A stretch of DNA of 57,152 nt, filler included, from Porpidia crustulata (taxonomy: Eukaryota), in assembly GCA_964255105.1 (NCBI GenBank). It is 7 parts of 7 records of this genome, joined end to end, with 100 filler letters (N's around TTAATTAATTAA, not from the genome) between each part and the next. Parts side by side here need not be neighbours in the genome. Positions count along the whole stretch, not along the records: positions 8,185 to 16,267 come from CAXUWE010001173.1; positions 16,368 to 24,446 come from CAXUWE010001174.1; positions 24,547 to 32,624 come from CAXUWE010001175.1; 4 more parts are not named here. One strand, written 5' to 3'. A model generated the notes under the pieces. It made no database searches. It was not told the DNA's origin and saw nothing but the letters and a program-made list of their open reading frames with translations. The stretch's first letter is position 1; each line of letters begins with the position of its first letter. Made by a program: the position numbers and the translations under genes. Shown piece by piece: positions 12,160 to 24,695 of the stretch.

Positions 12160-13755
12160 ATGCCGCCTGCTGTCAGCAGATATGGCCCTCAACAAATAGG
12201 AGCGCCTTTTGGACATCTACAGCAACCTCACCCCCAACATCACTCTTCACAGCATCAACCTCCAGGCTCCGCTGGACTGCCTCCACCCTCATTCAGTTCG
12301 CACCAGAGCTATACCCAATCTAACGCAAGCTCGAACATCAACCCTTTTGCCCCATCAAACAATACGACTGGACTTGCAGCAGGCTTTGGATCAGGCGCTG
12401 GTCTCGGTGGCGGAGGCACTGGCCTCGCCAGTCATGCCGCCGTCATGGGATTTGCACATGGTGCCCAAATACAACAGCAGCAAGCTCAGCGAGAGGCTAT
12501 GAGAAGAGGCAGTGGGGGCGTTGGAGGAGGTAAAGGTCAAATTAAAGGGAGAATACGGGATGTATGGCGGAATAATTTGGCACAGGAAATGCAGGTCCTA
12601 CGAGGACTGGTTGACAAGTACCCCTACATCAGTATGGTGAGTCCCCTTTGATTCCGAAGGCTTTCAAGCGCTCAATCTCCACTGTAAATTTTCTCATGCA
12701 TGGATTAGGATACCGAGTTTCCGGGGATTGTCGCACGACCTATGGGCTGTTTTACCACCAAGGCGGACTACCACTATCAAACTCTGCGTTGTAATGTCGA
12801 CCTTCTCCGAGTGATTCAACTCGGTATCACTCTGTTCTCCGAGGATGGTGAGATGCCGCCCACTCATGCGACAGACATGTCAGGCATGAAAGTTTCAACT
12901 TATCAAAACAACCTTATCCCCTGCCCCTGCACTTGGCAATTCAATTTCATATTCTCGATTCAAGCCGACATGTATAACCAGGAATCGATCGAATTCTTAA
13001 CTCACGCAGGTCTAGATTTGGATCAGCATGAAAAGATGGGCATCGAGCCCTCAGTTTTTGGCGCGTTGCTGATATCTTCGGGCCTCGTTCTGTTAGAAGA
13101 TGTCCGCTGGATATCATTCCATTCAGGATACGATTTCGGTTATTTGGTCAAACTCATGCTTTGCAAACCTTTACCGGACGACGAGACTGAGTACCGCAAG
13201 CTCCTCAACATCTTCTTCCCTTCGATATATGATATTAAGTACATGATAAAGCACGCCCAGCGAACTCAAACCGTCAATGATGCCCCTTTATCGGCAGCAG
13301 CAGCAAACATACTGAATAATCTTGGTCAAAAATCCGGGCTACAAGACCTTGCGGACGAGCTGGACATTAAAAGGATTGGCACAGCGCATCAGGCAGGCTC
13401 AGACAGTTTACTGACGGGCAAAACATTCTGGGATGTTCGAAAGAAGATCTTCAATGGCACTATCGACGACGATAAATATCTCGGCCAGGTTTGGGGTCTC
13501 AACGGCATGGGTGCGACCCCAGCATCTTCAGCTCCTTCAGCATTTACGTCGCAAACGTACCACAACGAAGAGACACCAAATCTCAATGGTGCGACAATCT
13601 ATCCCAGTAACGGTACGCCAAGTACACCTGGTACTACCCACACAACTCTGGCAAGTACGCCAAACCAGACCCAAGGCAATGGAGGAGGTTTAGGATCTCT
13701 TACACCAGGCGGAGGCGGCGGAGTCTTTGGAGCGTTCCGATTTGGGAAGCCTTAG
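12160..13755 (+). CDS. CAF1: CCR4-NOT deadenylase subunit Caf1/Pop2 (CNOT7/8)
   Basis: Intron 12637..12708 joins YISM-DTEFPG; DEDD motifs SMDTEFPG, FHSGYDFGY, HQAGSDS; Q/G-rich N-terminal extension. Confidence 0.95.
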
Positions 13756-14363
13756 TGGACCCTGTGTATAGACATTTATCTAGCATGTTTGTACGATCAT
13801 AGAGGTGAATGGACATGGATGGAGTGACGTTCAGGCGTTATTAGGAGGTTTATTTGCAGAGGTTCATTGCCACTGCTGTTTAGCGAAGTCTTCAGGAATT
13901 TCAGATGGCCTCTGCGTCTTCTCTGAAGCGGTTGCCCTAACTCTATCGTGTATGCACAGAATAATATTAATCTTTATTGTCGCATTCTAACCAGAATTGT
14001 GCATGATATCTCCTGATATTCACAAAATATTGCCCAGAAAAGGGAGGTGGTGCTAGCCGGTTAGAGTAAAATTATCCCCCTCTATTTAGCTATCGCCTTG
14101 CGGTTCTTATCAGTTTTCCTCCGTCACCCACAACGGTTACTACTGACATGCAGGTGAGGGGTGGAGGGGCAAGCTTGATATTGGAAATGGTCCCTTACTT
14201 CATTGGGGAAGAAGAAGCGCTCCTCAATGGTAGCGGCTGGCAAGGTGGCATATATAGATCAACTTAAGAGCCCCGCCAATTGATATCTTTTACTCCAGTG
14301 CAGTCACAATAACATCCAAACAAATTATTACTGACTGAACAGCAGCACAAGGAAGAAATTACA

Positions 14364-16267
14364 ATGGTTCTTCAGCGATTAAAGCAGGTGGCCCAGCACG
14401 TCACTGGCACAGCTCCACCGCCGCACCCATTTGACCCCCTCTCGGCGTCAGAAATTGAGAAGGCCGTAAGCATTGTTCGGAAAGAACATGGCTCGTTATA
14501 CTACAATGCTGTCACAATCGGGGAGCCTCGAAAGGTGGAAATGCTATCATGGCTTGCAGATCCGGATCGTACTGTTCGCCCGCACCGTGTCGCAGATGTA
14601 GTGGCCATTGGAAAGGGCAGCAAGGTGTATGATGGGCTCGTTGATTTAGATGAAGAGAAGATAGTCCAATGGGAGTATACGGAAGGCGTGCAGCCATTGG
14701 TATGATGATACCATCCCTTTCCTTGCCAACAATTGCTGATAGGCCCAAGATTACAATGGAAGACCTCCAGGTTGTTGAGCACATCGTCCGAGTCGACCCC
14801 AAAGTCATTGAGCAATGTCAGATTATTGGGATACCAAAAGAAGATATGCACAAAGTATACTGCGATCGTAGGTGGCTACACTTGAATGAAACGGCTCCAA
14901 ATCTGATTGTTGACAGCTTGGACCATTGGCTTTGACGAAAGATTCGGCAGTAAAGTCCGACTACAGCAGGCTCTGATGTACTACAGACCTCACGTTGACG
15001 ACAGCCAATACACCTTTCCCCTCGATTTCACCCCAATATTCAATGCTGATACCCAAGAGATAATACACATTGACGTACCGCCTGTACGAAGACCTATCAA
15101 TCAAGCTCCAGCGAACAATTATCATCCAGCAGCAATTGAAGCCGAAGGTGGCTACCGGAAGGACCTGAAGCCAATCAACATCACACAACCCGAAGGTGTT
15201 TCTTTCAAGGTAGAAGGTAGAATTATCGAGTGGCAGAACTGGAAAGTCCATGTTGGCTTCAATTATCGGGAGGGTATCGTACTCAACAACATCACCTATA
15301 ACGACAAAGGCAACGAGAGAGGTGTGTTCTACCGATTATCTCTTGCGGAAATGGTAGTACCATATGGTAATCCCGAGCATCCACATCAGAGGAAGCATGC
15401 TTTTGACCTGGGCGAATATGGGGGTGGATACATGACGAATAGTCTGGCGCTGGGATGCGATTGCAAAGGTGCCATTCACTACATGGACGCGAATTTTGTG
15501 AACCGAGCAGGAGCAAGCCAGGCCATCAAGAATGCTATTTGCGTTCACGAAGAGGACGCCGGTATTCTTTTCAAGCACACGGACTTTCGTGATGATTCGG
15601 TCATTGTTACTCGCGGCCGTAAACTTCTAATCTCTCATGTTTTTACTGCAGCCAACTACGAGTACTGCGTTTACTGGATCTTCCATCAGGACGGCACGAT
15701 ACAGCTCGAGATCAAACTTACTGGTATCTTAAACACATATGCGATGAATCCCGGCGAAGACCTTCATGGATGGGGAACCGAAGTCTACCCAGGAGTCAAC
15801 GCTCATAACCACCAACATCTGTTCTGCCTCAGAATTGATCCGAACATTGATGGACCCAATAACACGATTTTCCAGGTGGACGCCAAGGCATCTCCCGCCG
15901 AGTTGGGCAGTGCGGAGAACAAGCACGGAAACGCATTTTATGCCCACAAGACAAAGTATACCACTCCCACCGAAGCAATGGCAGATTACGGTGGAAGCTC
16001 AAGCCGAACATGGGAGATGGCAAACACAAACAAGATTAACCCCTATAGCCATAAGCCCGTCAGCTACAAGCTCGTCAGCCGAGAGGTCCCCTCGCTCCTC
16101 CCAAAAGAAGGTGGTCTAGTCTGGAAAAGAGCTGGATTCGCAAGACACGCTATTCACGTCACCAAATGTAAGCGCCCCCAATTCGGACCTCTGTACCTTC
16201 CCGACTAACAAACACCACAGACCAAGACGACCAACTCCACCCCGCCGGCCGCCACGTCCCCCAAACC
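14364..16267 (+). CDS. Copper/TPQ amine oxidase, probably peroxisomal; 3' truncated by contig end
   Basis: TPQ consensus ANYEY, catalytic AFDLGEYG, Cu ligands HNHQH; introns 14700..14749, 14868..14916, 16168..16220. Confidence 0.95.
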
Positions 16268-16367
16268 NNNNNNNNNNNNNNNNNNNNNNNNNNNNNNNNN
16301 NNNNNNNNNNNTTAATTAATTAANNNNNNNNNNNNNNNNNNNNNNNNNNNNNNNNNNNNNNNNNNNN
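16268..16367. other. Artificial contig linker
   Basis: N44-TTAATTAATTAA-N44. Confidence 0.99.
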
Positions 16368-17145
16368 GTGTGGCCTTTGGGGTATGTGTTAGAAATGGTT
16401 TGGGTTTTGGGGGAGATGGGGGCGGACCTTCGATGCGCAGGTATCCGCAGAGGGTGGATTCATTCATGTCAACGTATTTGAGCTCAACTTCGACTTTGTA
16501 TTGCTGTTTGTCCGATTGCTGCGTGCCGCGGAATTTGCTCCCATGGCGAAGAAAGGATGAAGTATGTATCGGGACCATCTGCAGGATCGCAGTCAGCATC
16601 GAAAACCTCAACCTCGTGCCCATGGAAGCGTCCGAGCGATAGGGTAAGTCTTGACATACTCGAACGTTAGGTATGCCCCAGCGAGCAGAAAGCATGGATG
16701 AAGGATCAATCGATTCCGTCGTAGAAGTAGGTATTGGTGATCGCTCCAACTCTTTGGTTGCGCCCTCGGTAACGGTGCTTTCTGAAGTGTTGCTCTCTGG
16801 AGAGCCGTTCTCTGCGGGTGTGGCCATTCTTAGAACAGTGCTACGTGGGCGCAGCTCGCTGGCATTGGTGTCCGTGGGGTTCACATTACTAACATCTTCG
16901 TCGTGGGCCCGGATGCGCGATGGTTCGTGGCCATCCTCCATTGACCCGGCGGCGTCGATTTCTATAGCTGCGCAGTCTTGGGGTTGCGCCGACGATGTGA
17001 TATCGACATCATCGGGGTCCATACGCTGTTGATCTTCACGTCTTCTGGTCCCAGACCAATCTGATTCGGGTGGGCATCTTAACCGTTCGAGATAGGGATC
17101 AACTCCTGGTGTGAGCTCGGTGGCACTGTCACTTGGTGTCGGCAT
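16368..17145 (-). CDS. GID4: GID complex substrate receptor Gid4/Vid24, 5' part only
   Basis: SSFLRHGSKFRGTQQSDKQQYKVEVELKYVDMNESTLCGYLRIEG is the start of the Vid24 beta-barrel; intron 16659..16579; next donor near 16427; cut by linker. Confidence 0.85.
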
Positions 17146-17558
17146 TGAAATAGGAATCCTCTTTTAAGACATACAAGAAATTATATATATAGAAGTAGAG
17201 AACAAACACAGATATTTGTCAATTCATGCCAAAGGCCTGGTTGGTGATGGTCTAGGTCGACATTGGAGATATGTTTACTCGGAGGTGGATGATGTTAAGT
17301 TTACGCGGGGAAATCTATATGTATTGATGACAGGTGACGGGATACCAAATAGTTAGAGCGCCGGTATTTTATTGAATCGGGCGGCACGTCTTGGATGATC
17401 ATGTCGGTTCAAATGGTATGTTTGGACTACAATGATGATTTCGGGTTCTTCATAAGAAACATGTGCTGATATCACGCCTACACTGATAGCCAATTCGACA
17501 AGGGTATAAACGCCAGACATAACGCCTATTTCAGTATCCACATCCCGTGGTGCACCAT

Positions 17559-18368
17559 CTAGATGGGCTTGATCTATTATATCCGGTGTGGATTAGGGCT
17601 AAGGTCCTAAATATCAGGTGCTGGTGGAGGAATTATGAATCATACCTTAAAATGTAAAGATATGAGGGAGAACACAAGAGCCTTGAGATCTTGGACGAGG
17701 TAGTAGAAGACTCGCAGACCTTCCGGATCTGCTGATTCGGTCACATCAACAAGGGACCCAATCTTGGCAGTCTACTCCAATCGTTCTTAGCATGTCGATG
17801 TAAAGCCTAGGGAGCTGAACTGTGTAGGAAATACCTCGAAGGAAATGTGCTCGTTCCCTAGTCTGATCTCTAACTCTTGCCGCCCATCTTTGTTTTTCTC
17901 AGGCCACTTCGTGTCGTCCTCCCTTACATTCATTAGCATTCAAAGCTCATCTAAGCTTAAACGAATGTCTACTTCATGATCTCGCTTTCTTTGACTATTC
18001 TCTTGATTTCTGCGATTAGGAGCGAGCTGACGCACACTGAACATAGTTAAAGCCACCGTCTATACGTGGAAGTTTATGTAAACACACTCTCTTTCCTGAT
18101 CAGCGAATCGTTCCGATAATTCGAATTATTGGCATATCGCGCGGAGGCGCTTCGACCGTCACCGAGAGTGCGAAAGTCGAATTCTATTCCAGAAGTAAGC
18201 TTGTAATCCGGGCGACTCTCTTCTGTGGGTCAGTCCCACCGAGGAATTCATGTCCAAACCGCCCAGAGTGTCCTGAGCTGTGTGGATGTGATCAGCAGCT
18301 GCAGGAGACCTGGGCAAAGCGAGTCCTCACTAGTAGCGCACATAGAAAGGCTCGTTGGAAGCCGACAT
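17559..18368 (-). CDS. MAGOH: Mago nashi, exon-junction-complex core protein, 7 exons (absent from the ORF track)
   Basis: Spliced product [30 protein letters not shown]...[16 protein letters not shown]...[27 protein letters not shown]...[25 protein letters not shown]; six GT-AG introns. Confidence 0.95.
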
Positions 18369-18774
18369 GACAGAGGTCTTACAAGGTTATGCGATTTGAT
18401 CTCAGAATTGACAATTATCACGAGGTACTCTGGTACTCTGGACCAGTGGGGGGTGTTTCCGCGTAAAATAACAGTAGCGACCCACTAGCGGCGGTTCAAA
18501 ATACACACCACAAATCTTACAGCTGTGCATAGGGATCAGGGCTTAGGTAAAGTTTCCGGAACCTCCACATATTTGTTCTTTCGCCAATGCGTCCCTTGCA
18601 GTTCAGGAAAAGTTATTACTTTCGCGACCGTAGCTGCTGAGAGCACGTTTCTTCCATATCAGGAACAACCTGACTTCAGCGGTCAACTAGGTTGTGCCCC
18701 TCGGGCTCTACAGATCGCGAATTCAACAATTGCTCTGAATTTATTTTCGGCGCACAGGTGGAAAGATTTTAGTC

Positions 18775-21700
18775 ATGGCAGCATTTTTGGACCATGCATA
18801 CAGCATGGTCCACCAGGACAATACAGCCGATCAGCCAACACTGCAAGACCTGAAGACACAGCTGGAGAAGGGCACAGATGAAACTAAAGTGGAAACGATG
18901 AAGCGTATCCTTACAATTATGCTGAATGGTGACGCTATGCCGCAGCTCCTTATGCACATAATACGTTTTGTCATGCCATCAAAGAGCAAAGCGCTGAAGA
19001 AGCTCCTTTATTTCTACTACGAAATTTGCCCAAAGCTGGACGCTGGGGGAAAGCTGAAGCAGGAGATGATTCTCGTCTGGTACTTGAGCAGAGCCCTAGC
19101 TACTGGGGGGTTATTGCTGACTGTTGGAAAAGCAACGGTATACGCAACGATCTACAACATCCTAATGAGTATATCCGAGGGAACACTTTACGTTTTCTTT
19201 GCAAGCTTCGGGAAGCGGAACTCATAGAGCCACTTCTGTCCTCTGCTCGAGCATGCTTAGAGCATCGTCACGCATATGTTCGGAAGAATGCCGTCTTTGC
19301 TGTTGCTTCTATATATATCCATTCCGAATCGTTAATCCCAGACGCCCCAGAACTTGTTCAAGTCTTTCTTGAAACAGAGAGTGACCACACATGCAAAAGA
19401 AATGCCTTCGCTGCCCTGACTACCATAAGTCATGAAAAATCGTTAGAGTACCTGAGCGGGGCTTTCGACGGAATACCAAATGCAGACGAGCTTCTCCAGC
19501 TTGTCGAATTAGAATTTATACGGAAGGACGCAGTTCAGAACTCACAAAACAAGGTTGGTCTTGTACTATGCTAAGGACTACAGGGCTTTGGGTGGACTAG
19601 ACTGCTGACAGTCTTTCAGGGTCGCTACTTGCGCTTGATATTTGATTTATTAGAAGCCGGTGCAACTACGGTAGCTTATGAAGCTGCATCATCGCTTACT
19701 TCTCTCACAAATAATCCAGTAGCCGTGAAAGCCGCCGCAACCAAATTCATAGAATTGAGTATCAAGGAAGCGGATAACAATGTTAAACTCATCGTCCTCG
19801 ACAGGGTGGATCAGCTTCGAAAGAAGAACGAAGGAGTACTCGACGATCTCACTATGGAAATACTTCGAGTACTCTCTAGCCCCGATATCGACGTGCGAAG
19901 AAAAGCACTTGCCCTTGCCATGGAGATGGTCTCGAGTAAGAACGTAGAAGAGGTCGTCATGTTGTTGAAAAAGGAACTTTCAAAGACCCTCGACGAACAA
20001 TACGAGAAGGTAATTCCTTCGAAACGCTAGGTTTTCGAAGCTGACGTTGATCTGAAGAACAATGAATACCGCCAATTGTTGATTCAATCAATCCATCAAT
20101 GCGCCATAAAATTCTCTGAGGTTGCTGCTTCAGTTGTCGATTTGCTGCTGGACTTTATCGCTGATTTCAATGCAACCTCTGCCGTTGACGTTATCTCATT
20201 TGTCAAAGAAGTGGTTGAAAAATTTCCTAAGCTGCGACCTTCGATTGTGGAGCGCCTTGTTTCGACACTGAGTGAGGTCCGAGCAGGTAAAGTCTATCGA
20301 GGGGCGCTGTGGATAGTTGGAGAATATTCATTAGAGGCAAACGATATTCGTGAGGCTTGGAGAAGGATCCGAACGAGTTTGGGCGAAATCCCTATCCTGT
20401 CCTCGGAACAGCGGCTATTAGAAGAGGTGCCAGAAGAAGGGCAAGAATCAAGGGAGCAGATCAACGGACATGCCAAGCCTTCAGCACCTACGGGTTCCAG
20501 AAAAGTTTTACCAGATGGCACGTATGCGACCGAGAACGCTTTGACAAGTCAGTCAGCTACTGCAGCTAAACTGGAAGCGGTGAAAGCAGCCCAAAAACCT
20601 CCGTTGCGGCAATTCATTCTTGACGGAGATTTTTATCTTGCCACTGTACTGTCTTCGACTCTAACAAAGCTCGTCATGCGGCACTCGGAGATCTCGCAAG
20701 ACTCAGCTCGGACCAATGCCCTGCGTGCCGAAGCGATGCTGATAATGATTTCCATCATAAGAGTTGGCCAGTCACAGTTTGTCAAGGCCCCGATTGACGA
20801 AGACTCTGTTGACCGAATTATGTCTTGCGTTCGATCGCTGGCTGAGTTTGCACAAAAGAAAGATCTCGAGACAGTGTTCTTAGACGACACAAGAAAAGCA
20901 TTCCGTGCAATGGTGTTGGTGGAAGAGCAGAAACGGGCTGCTAAGGACGCTGTCGAAAAGGCCAAGTCCGCTGTCCAAGTGGATGATGTTGTTTCTATCC
21001 GGCAGTTAGCCAAGAAAGCCACAGGCGATGGCTCGGACGAGATAGAATTAGACTTGGAGAAAGCTACCGGTGGTGATTCTGGTACTGAAGATCTCTCGTC
21101 AACGTTAAGCAAAGTCGTCCAACTCACTGGTTTTTCGGACCCAGTGTATGCCGAAGCATATGTTAAAGTACACCAGTTTGATATTGTACTTGATGTTCTG
21201 CTGGTCAATCAGACTTCGGAGACCTTGCAGAATCTTTCGGTAGAATTTGCTACGCTGGGTGATTTGAAGGTAGTGGAGCGGCCCACGACGCAAAATCTTG
21301 GTGCCCGCGACTTCCAAAATGTTCAAAGTACCATCAAAGTATCATCTACAGATACTGGTGTGATCTTCGGTAATGTGGTATACGATGGTTCTAGCTCTAC
21401 GGAAAGTAATGTGGTAATACTTAATGATGTACATGTCGATATTATGGACTATATCCAGCCGGCTCAATGCACGGAAACGCAATTCAGAACCATGTGGACC
21501 GAATTCGAATGGGAGAACAAGGTTAATATCAACTCTAAGGCTAAAACATTACGGGATTTCTTAAAGCAATTGATGGCATGCACGAACATGACGTGTCTAA
21601 CACCAGAGGCATCGATGAAGGGGGATTGTCAATTTTTGAGTGCCAATCTCTACGCCCGTAGTGTCTTTGGTAAGCAGTTACTCGAACAAGATAGAGAATT

Positions 21701-21872
21701 TGAGAGCTAACCATTCACTGTAGGTGAGGACGCTCTGGCGAACTTGAGCATCGAAAAAGAAGGTGATGACGGCCCCGTGACAGGCTTTGTGCGAATTCGA
21801 AGTCGATCACAAGGACTTGCATTAAGTCTCGGGTCTTTGAAAGGACTTAACAAAGTTGGAGGGTCGCCATGA
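18775..21872 (+). CDS. SEC26: Coatomer subunit beta (beta-COP), 5 exons
   Basis: [82 protein letters not shown]; introns about 19080-19132, 19553-19619, 20010-20057, 21670-21723. Confidence 0.96.
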
Positions 21873-22507
21873 ATACATTCACCTACGGTGTTTTGCGCTG
21901 CTGGATGCTTGGCTTAGACCGCTCCTGTTATGAAACCAAGGGCAGGATGTATAGGAGTACAATCGGCGCTGGAAGAAAAGCGTGTCGTTAGTGTTTCCAA
22001 GTGAGTCCGAGGCACGGAGGTAGAAAGCCTGAGGCGACAATCTTGCCCTCGGCTGCTGAAGCGAAGAGAACGAGGAAGACGATGTGGCAAAGGGCCAAGG
22101 GTCTCGTTACGAGTGGACATTGCTCGATTTTAGTGTTCTAACTGTACCATAGGTGGTGGCATCGTGCAGAGACAAGAACAGATACCTTTGTTCTTAATTA
22201 CCAGTAGCCAGAATTTGCTTTGGCGCAAGTTCCAAGATCTGCTATACTCTTATACATATTGTTATTATATTCGTACACTCTCAGCGCCGCCTGAGCGCAT
22301 GTACGGTAATGCCTATAATCCACCTGATCACGTGGCCCAGCTCCTAGTGAAGGCCTGTCACGGTATGGAAGTTTCCGCCTGAACTTGAGCTTGCGCACTG
22401 ACCACCTGTCACACAGTCACGTGTGACGTGTGCGATCAAGGCATGCCAACCGCGAAGACAAAAGCTGGATCCCAACAGTCCCACAATGCTGACCACCCTG
22501 CACTGCT

Positions 22508-24150
22508 ATGGAACATCCGGCTGCCATGAACGATAACGATAACGATCCATTCGAGGATCCTATCTCAGTAGAAGAGCAGTCGGACTACGGTGAAGAGTCT
22601 ACCTTAGTAGTGGGGAGGAATGCCTCGCTGACTCTGGGCACTGACTCCCTCATCGTTCTCGGTATATACTCCCAGCCGGTCGAGTGGGCGGAGTCCAGAT
22701 ACTAATGGCCAGAGTAGATGAAGACTTTACAAGAACAGAGCGGTTCAACTGCTGCGGCCTAATCTCCAGAGGTAATACGCCGAGGCCTATTTGCACCAAC
22801 TGACGCTGATCTTTCCCAGACCCGAAAACTACTAGAGCGATACCGTTTTTCAACGTTCTGTGGGCAGAGCTTTCTAATTTCGACATCACAATACACTACG
22901 CTCAGCCTAGATCGCAAGACGTTGTCCGTGTATCGTCCGTCAATTACCTAGTGGAGAAGGCAGGCCAGAGCTTCGCAACATCTTGGGTCTCACGTTTACT
23001 TGACCGTGCATATGGTGGATCGCAGAGAAGGAAGCGCATCAAAGTCCTTATCAATCCCTTCAGTGGAAGTGGAAAGGCACCAAAATGGTACCTTCGAGAC
23101 ATTGAACCAGTATTCGCGGCAGCGCGTTGCGAAGTTGATGTCGAAAGAACACAATATTCGGGCCATGGCGTGGAGATTGCAGAGAGGCTAGATGTAGATG
23201 CATATGACGTGATCGCGTCCTGTTCTGGAGATGGATTGCCGCATGAGGTTTTCAACGGCTTGGGCAGACAGATGGACGCGGCGAGGGCGCTTTCGAACAT
23301 AGCTGTTGTGCATCTACCTTGTGGATCTGGTAACGCTATGAGTTGGAACCTCAATGGAACGGGGAGTCCAAGTCTTGCCGCACTGTGTACTGTGAAGGGT
23401 ATCCAAACGCCGCTGGACTTGATTTCGATCACTCAAGGCGATAAACGGTACCTATCCTTCCTGTCCCAAGCCGTCGGTGTTGTCGCCGAGAGCGATCTTG
23501 GTACCGAACATCTCCGGTGGATGGGCCAAGCCCGATTCACTTATGGCTTCCTTATCCGCCTCTTTCGAAAAACCGTCTACCCGTGCGACCTCGCGGTCAA
23601 AATCGAAATCCCCACCAAACCCCAAATAAAGGAACACTATCGGCGCGAACTTTCCAATCGTGCCCCATCCCAGTCTCGCCGCAACAGATACCTAGAGACT
23701 GGCCTTCCAGACCTGAACTACGGCTCTGTAAACTCCCCCCTCCCGGCCGACTGGACTATCATCCCCTGCACAAAGCTAGGAAATTTCTACGCCGGCAACA
23801 TGGCGTACGTAGCCGCCTCGACCAACTTCTTCCCCGCCTCCCTCCCCAACGACGGCTGCATCGACCTCGTGACCATTGACGGTGACATCAGCCGCTCTGC
23901 CGCCTTCAACTGCATGTTCGCAATCGATAAAGGCACGTTCTTTGATCTGCCGTACGTGCACTATCGAAAGGTGAGCGCGTACAGGATCATCCCGAGGCAG
24001 AGGGAAGGGTATATAAGTATTGATGGGGAAAGGGTACCGTTTGAACCGTTTCAGGCGGAGGTACATCGAGGTTTGGGAACGGTGCTAAGTCGGAGCGGGC
24101 ACCTCTACGAGGCGAAGGGGGTAGTGGAGGGGGTTGGGGAAGAGAGCTAG
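22508..24150 (+). CDS. LCB4: Sphingoid long-chain base kinase (DAGK catalytic domain), 3 exons
   Basis: LINPFSGSGKA, SGDGLPHEVFNG, LPCGSGNAM, DLGTEHLRWMG, ISIDGE; two introns in the 5' region (about 22662-22717 and 22772-22819). Confidence 0.9.
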
Positions 24151-24446
24151 CTGAGGGAATGGAAGGAGGACTGTGGGATGGATATTCATGTCTTTGCTTC
24201 TATGATACCAGGAAACGGCGTTTTGATGTGAGCATATGAGCTATTTAGACTTTAAAAGCGATGTTGCACGATTTCAAGTCCATATGGCTCCGTAGCCAAG
24301 AATCAACAGCGAGACCATCATGTCGATTGGTGACGAGACAGTGGTATCAAAACTTCATCGAAGCACACCCTCCGCCCATTTCTACTCGCCAAACCCCTCA
24401 AACTCCCCTTCGCTCTCCCCATTTTGCTCTATACCTTCATCTAGCT

Positions 24447-24546
24447 NNNNNNNNNNNNNNNNNNNNNNNNNNNNNNNNNNNNNNNNNNNNTTAATTAATT
24501 AANNNNNNNNNNNNNNNNNNNNNNNNNNNNNNNNNNNNNNNNNNNN
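24447..24546. other. Artificial contig linker
   Basis: N44-TTAATTAATTAA-N44. Confidence 0.99.
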
Positions 24547-24643
24547 GTTTTGGGGAGATATTTGGAGAGGTTGGAGGAGGGCGGAAAGGGTTGGGTGTGT
24601 GGGAGGGTCATGAGATGATTGACGCTGTGCGTGTTCGGCCTCG

Positions 24644-24695
24644 TCTATCCTGCGTTCTTTTCCTGCGTGTTTTTCCCGCATTCTTTTTCCCGCAT
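24644..24695. repeat. Degenerate 12-14 bp tandem repeat, 4 units
   Basis: tctatcctgcgt / tcttttcctgcgt / gtttttcccgcat / tctttttcccgcat. Confidence 0.7.
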
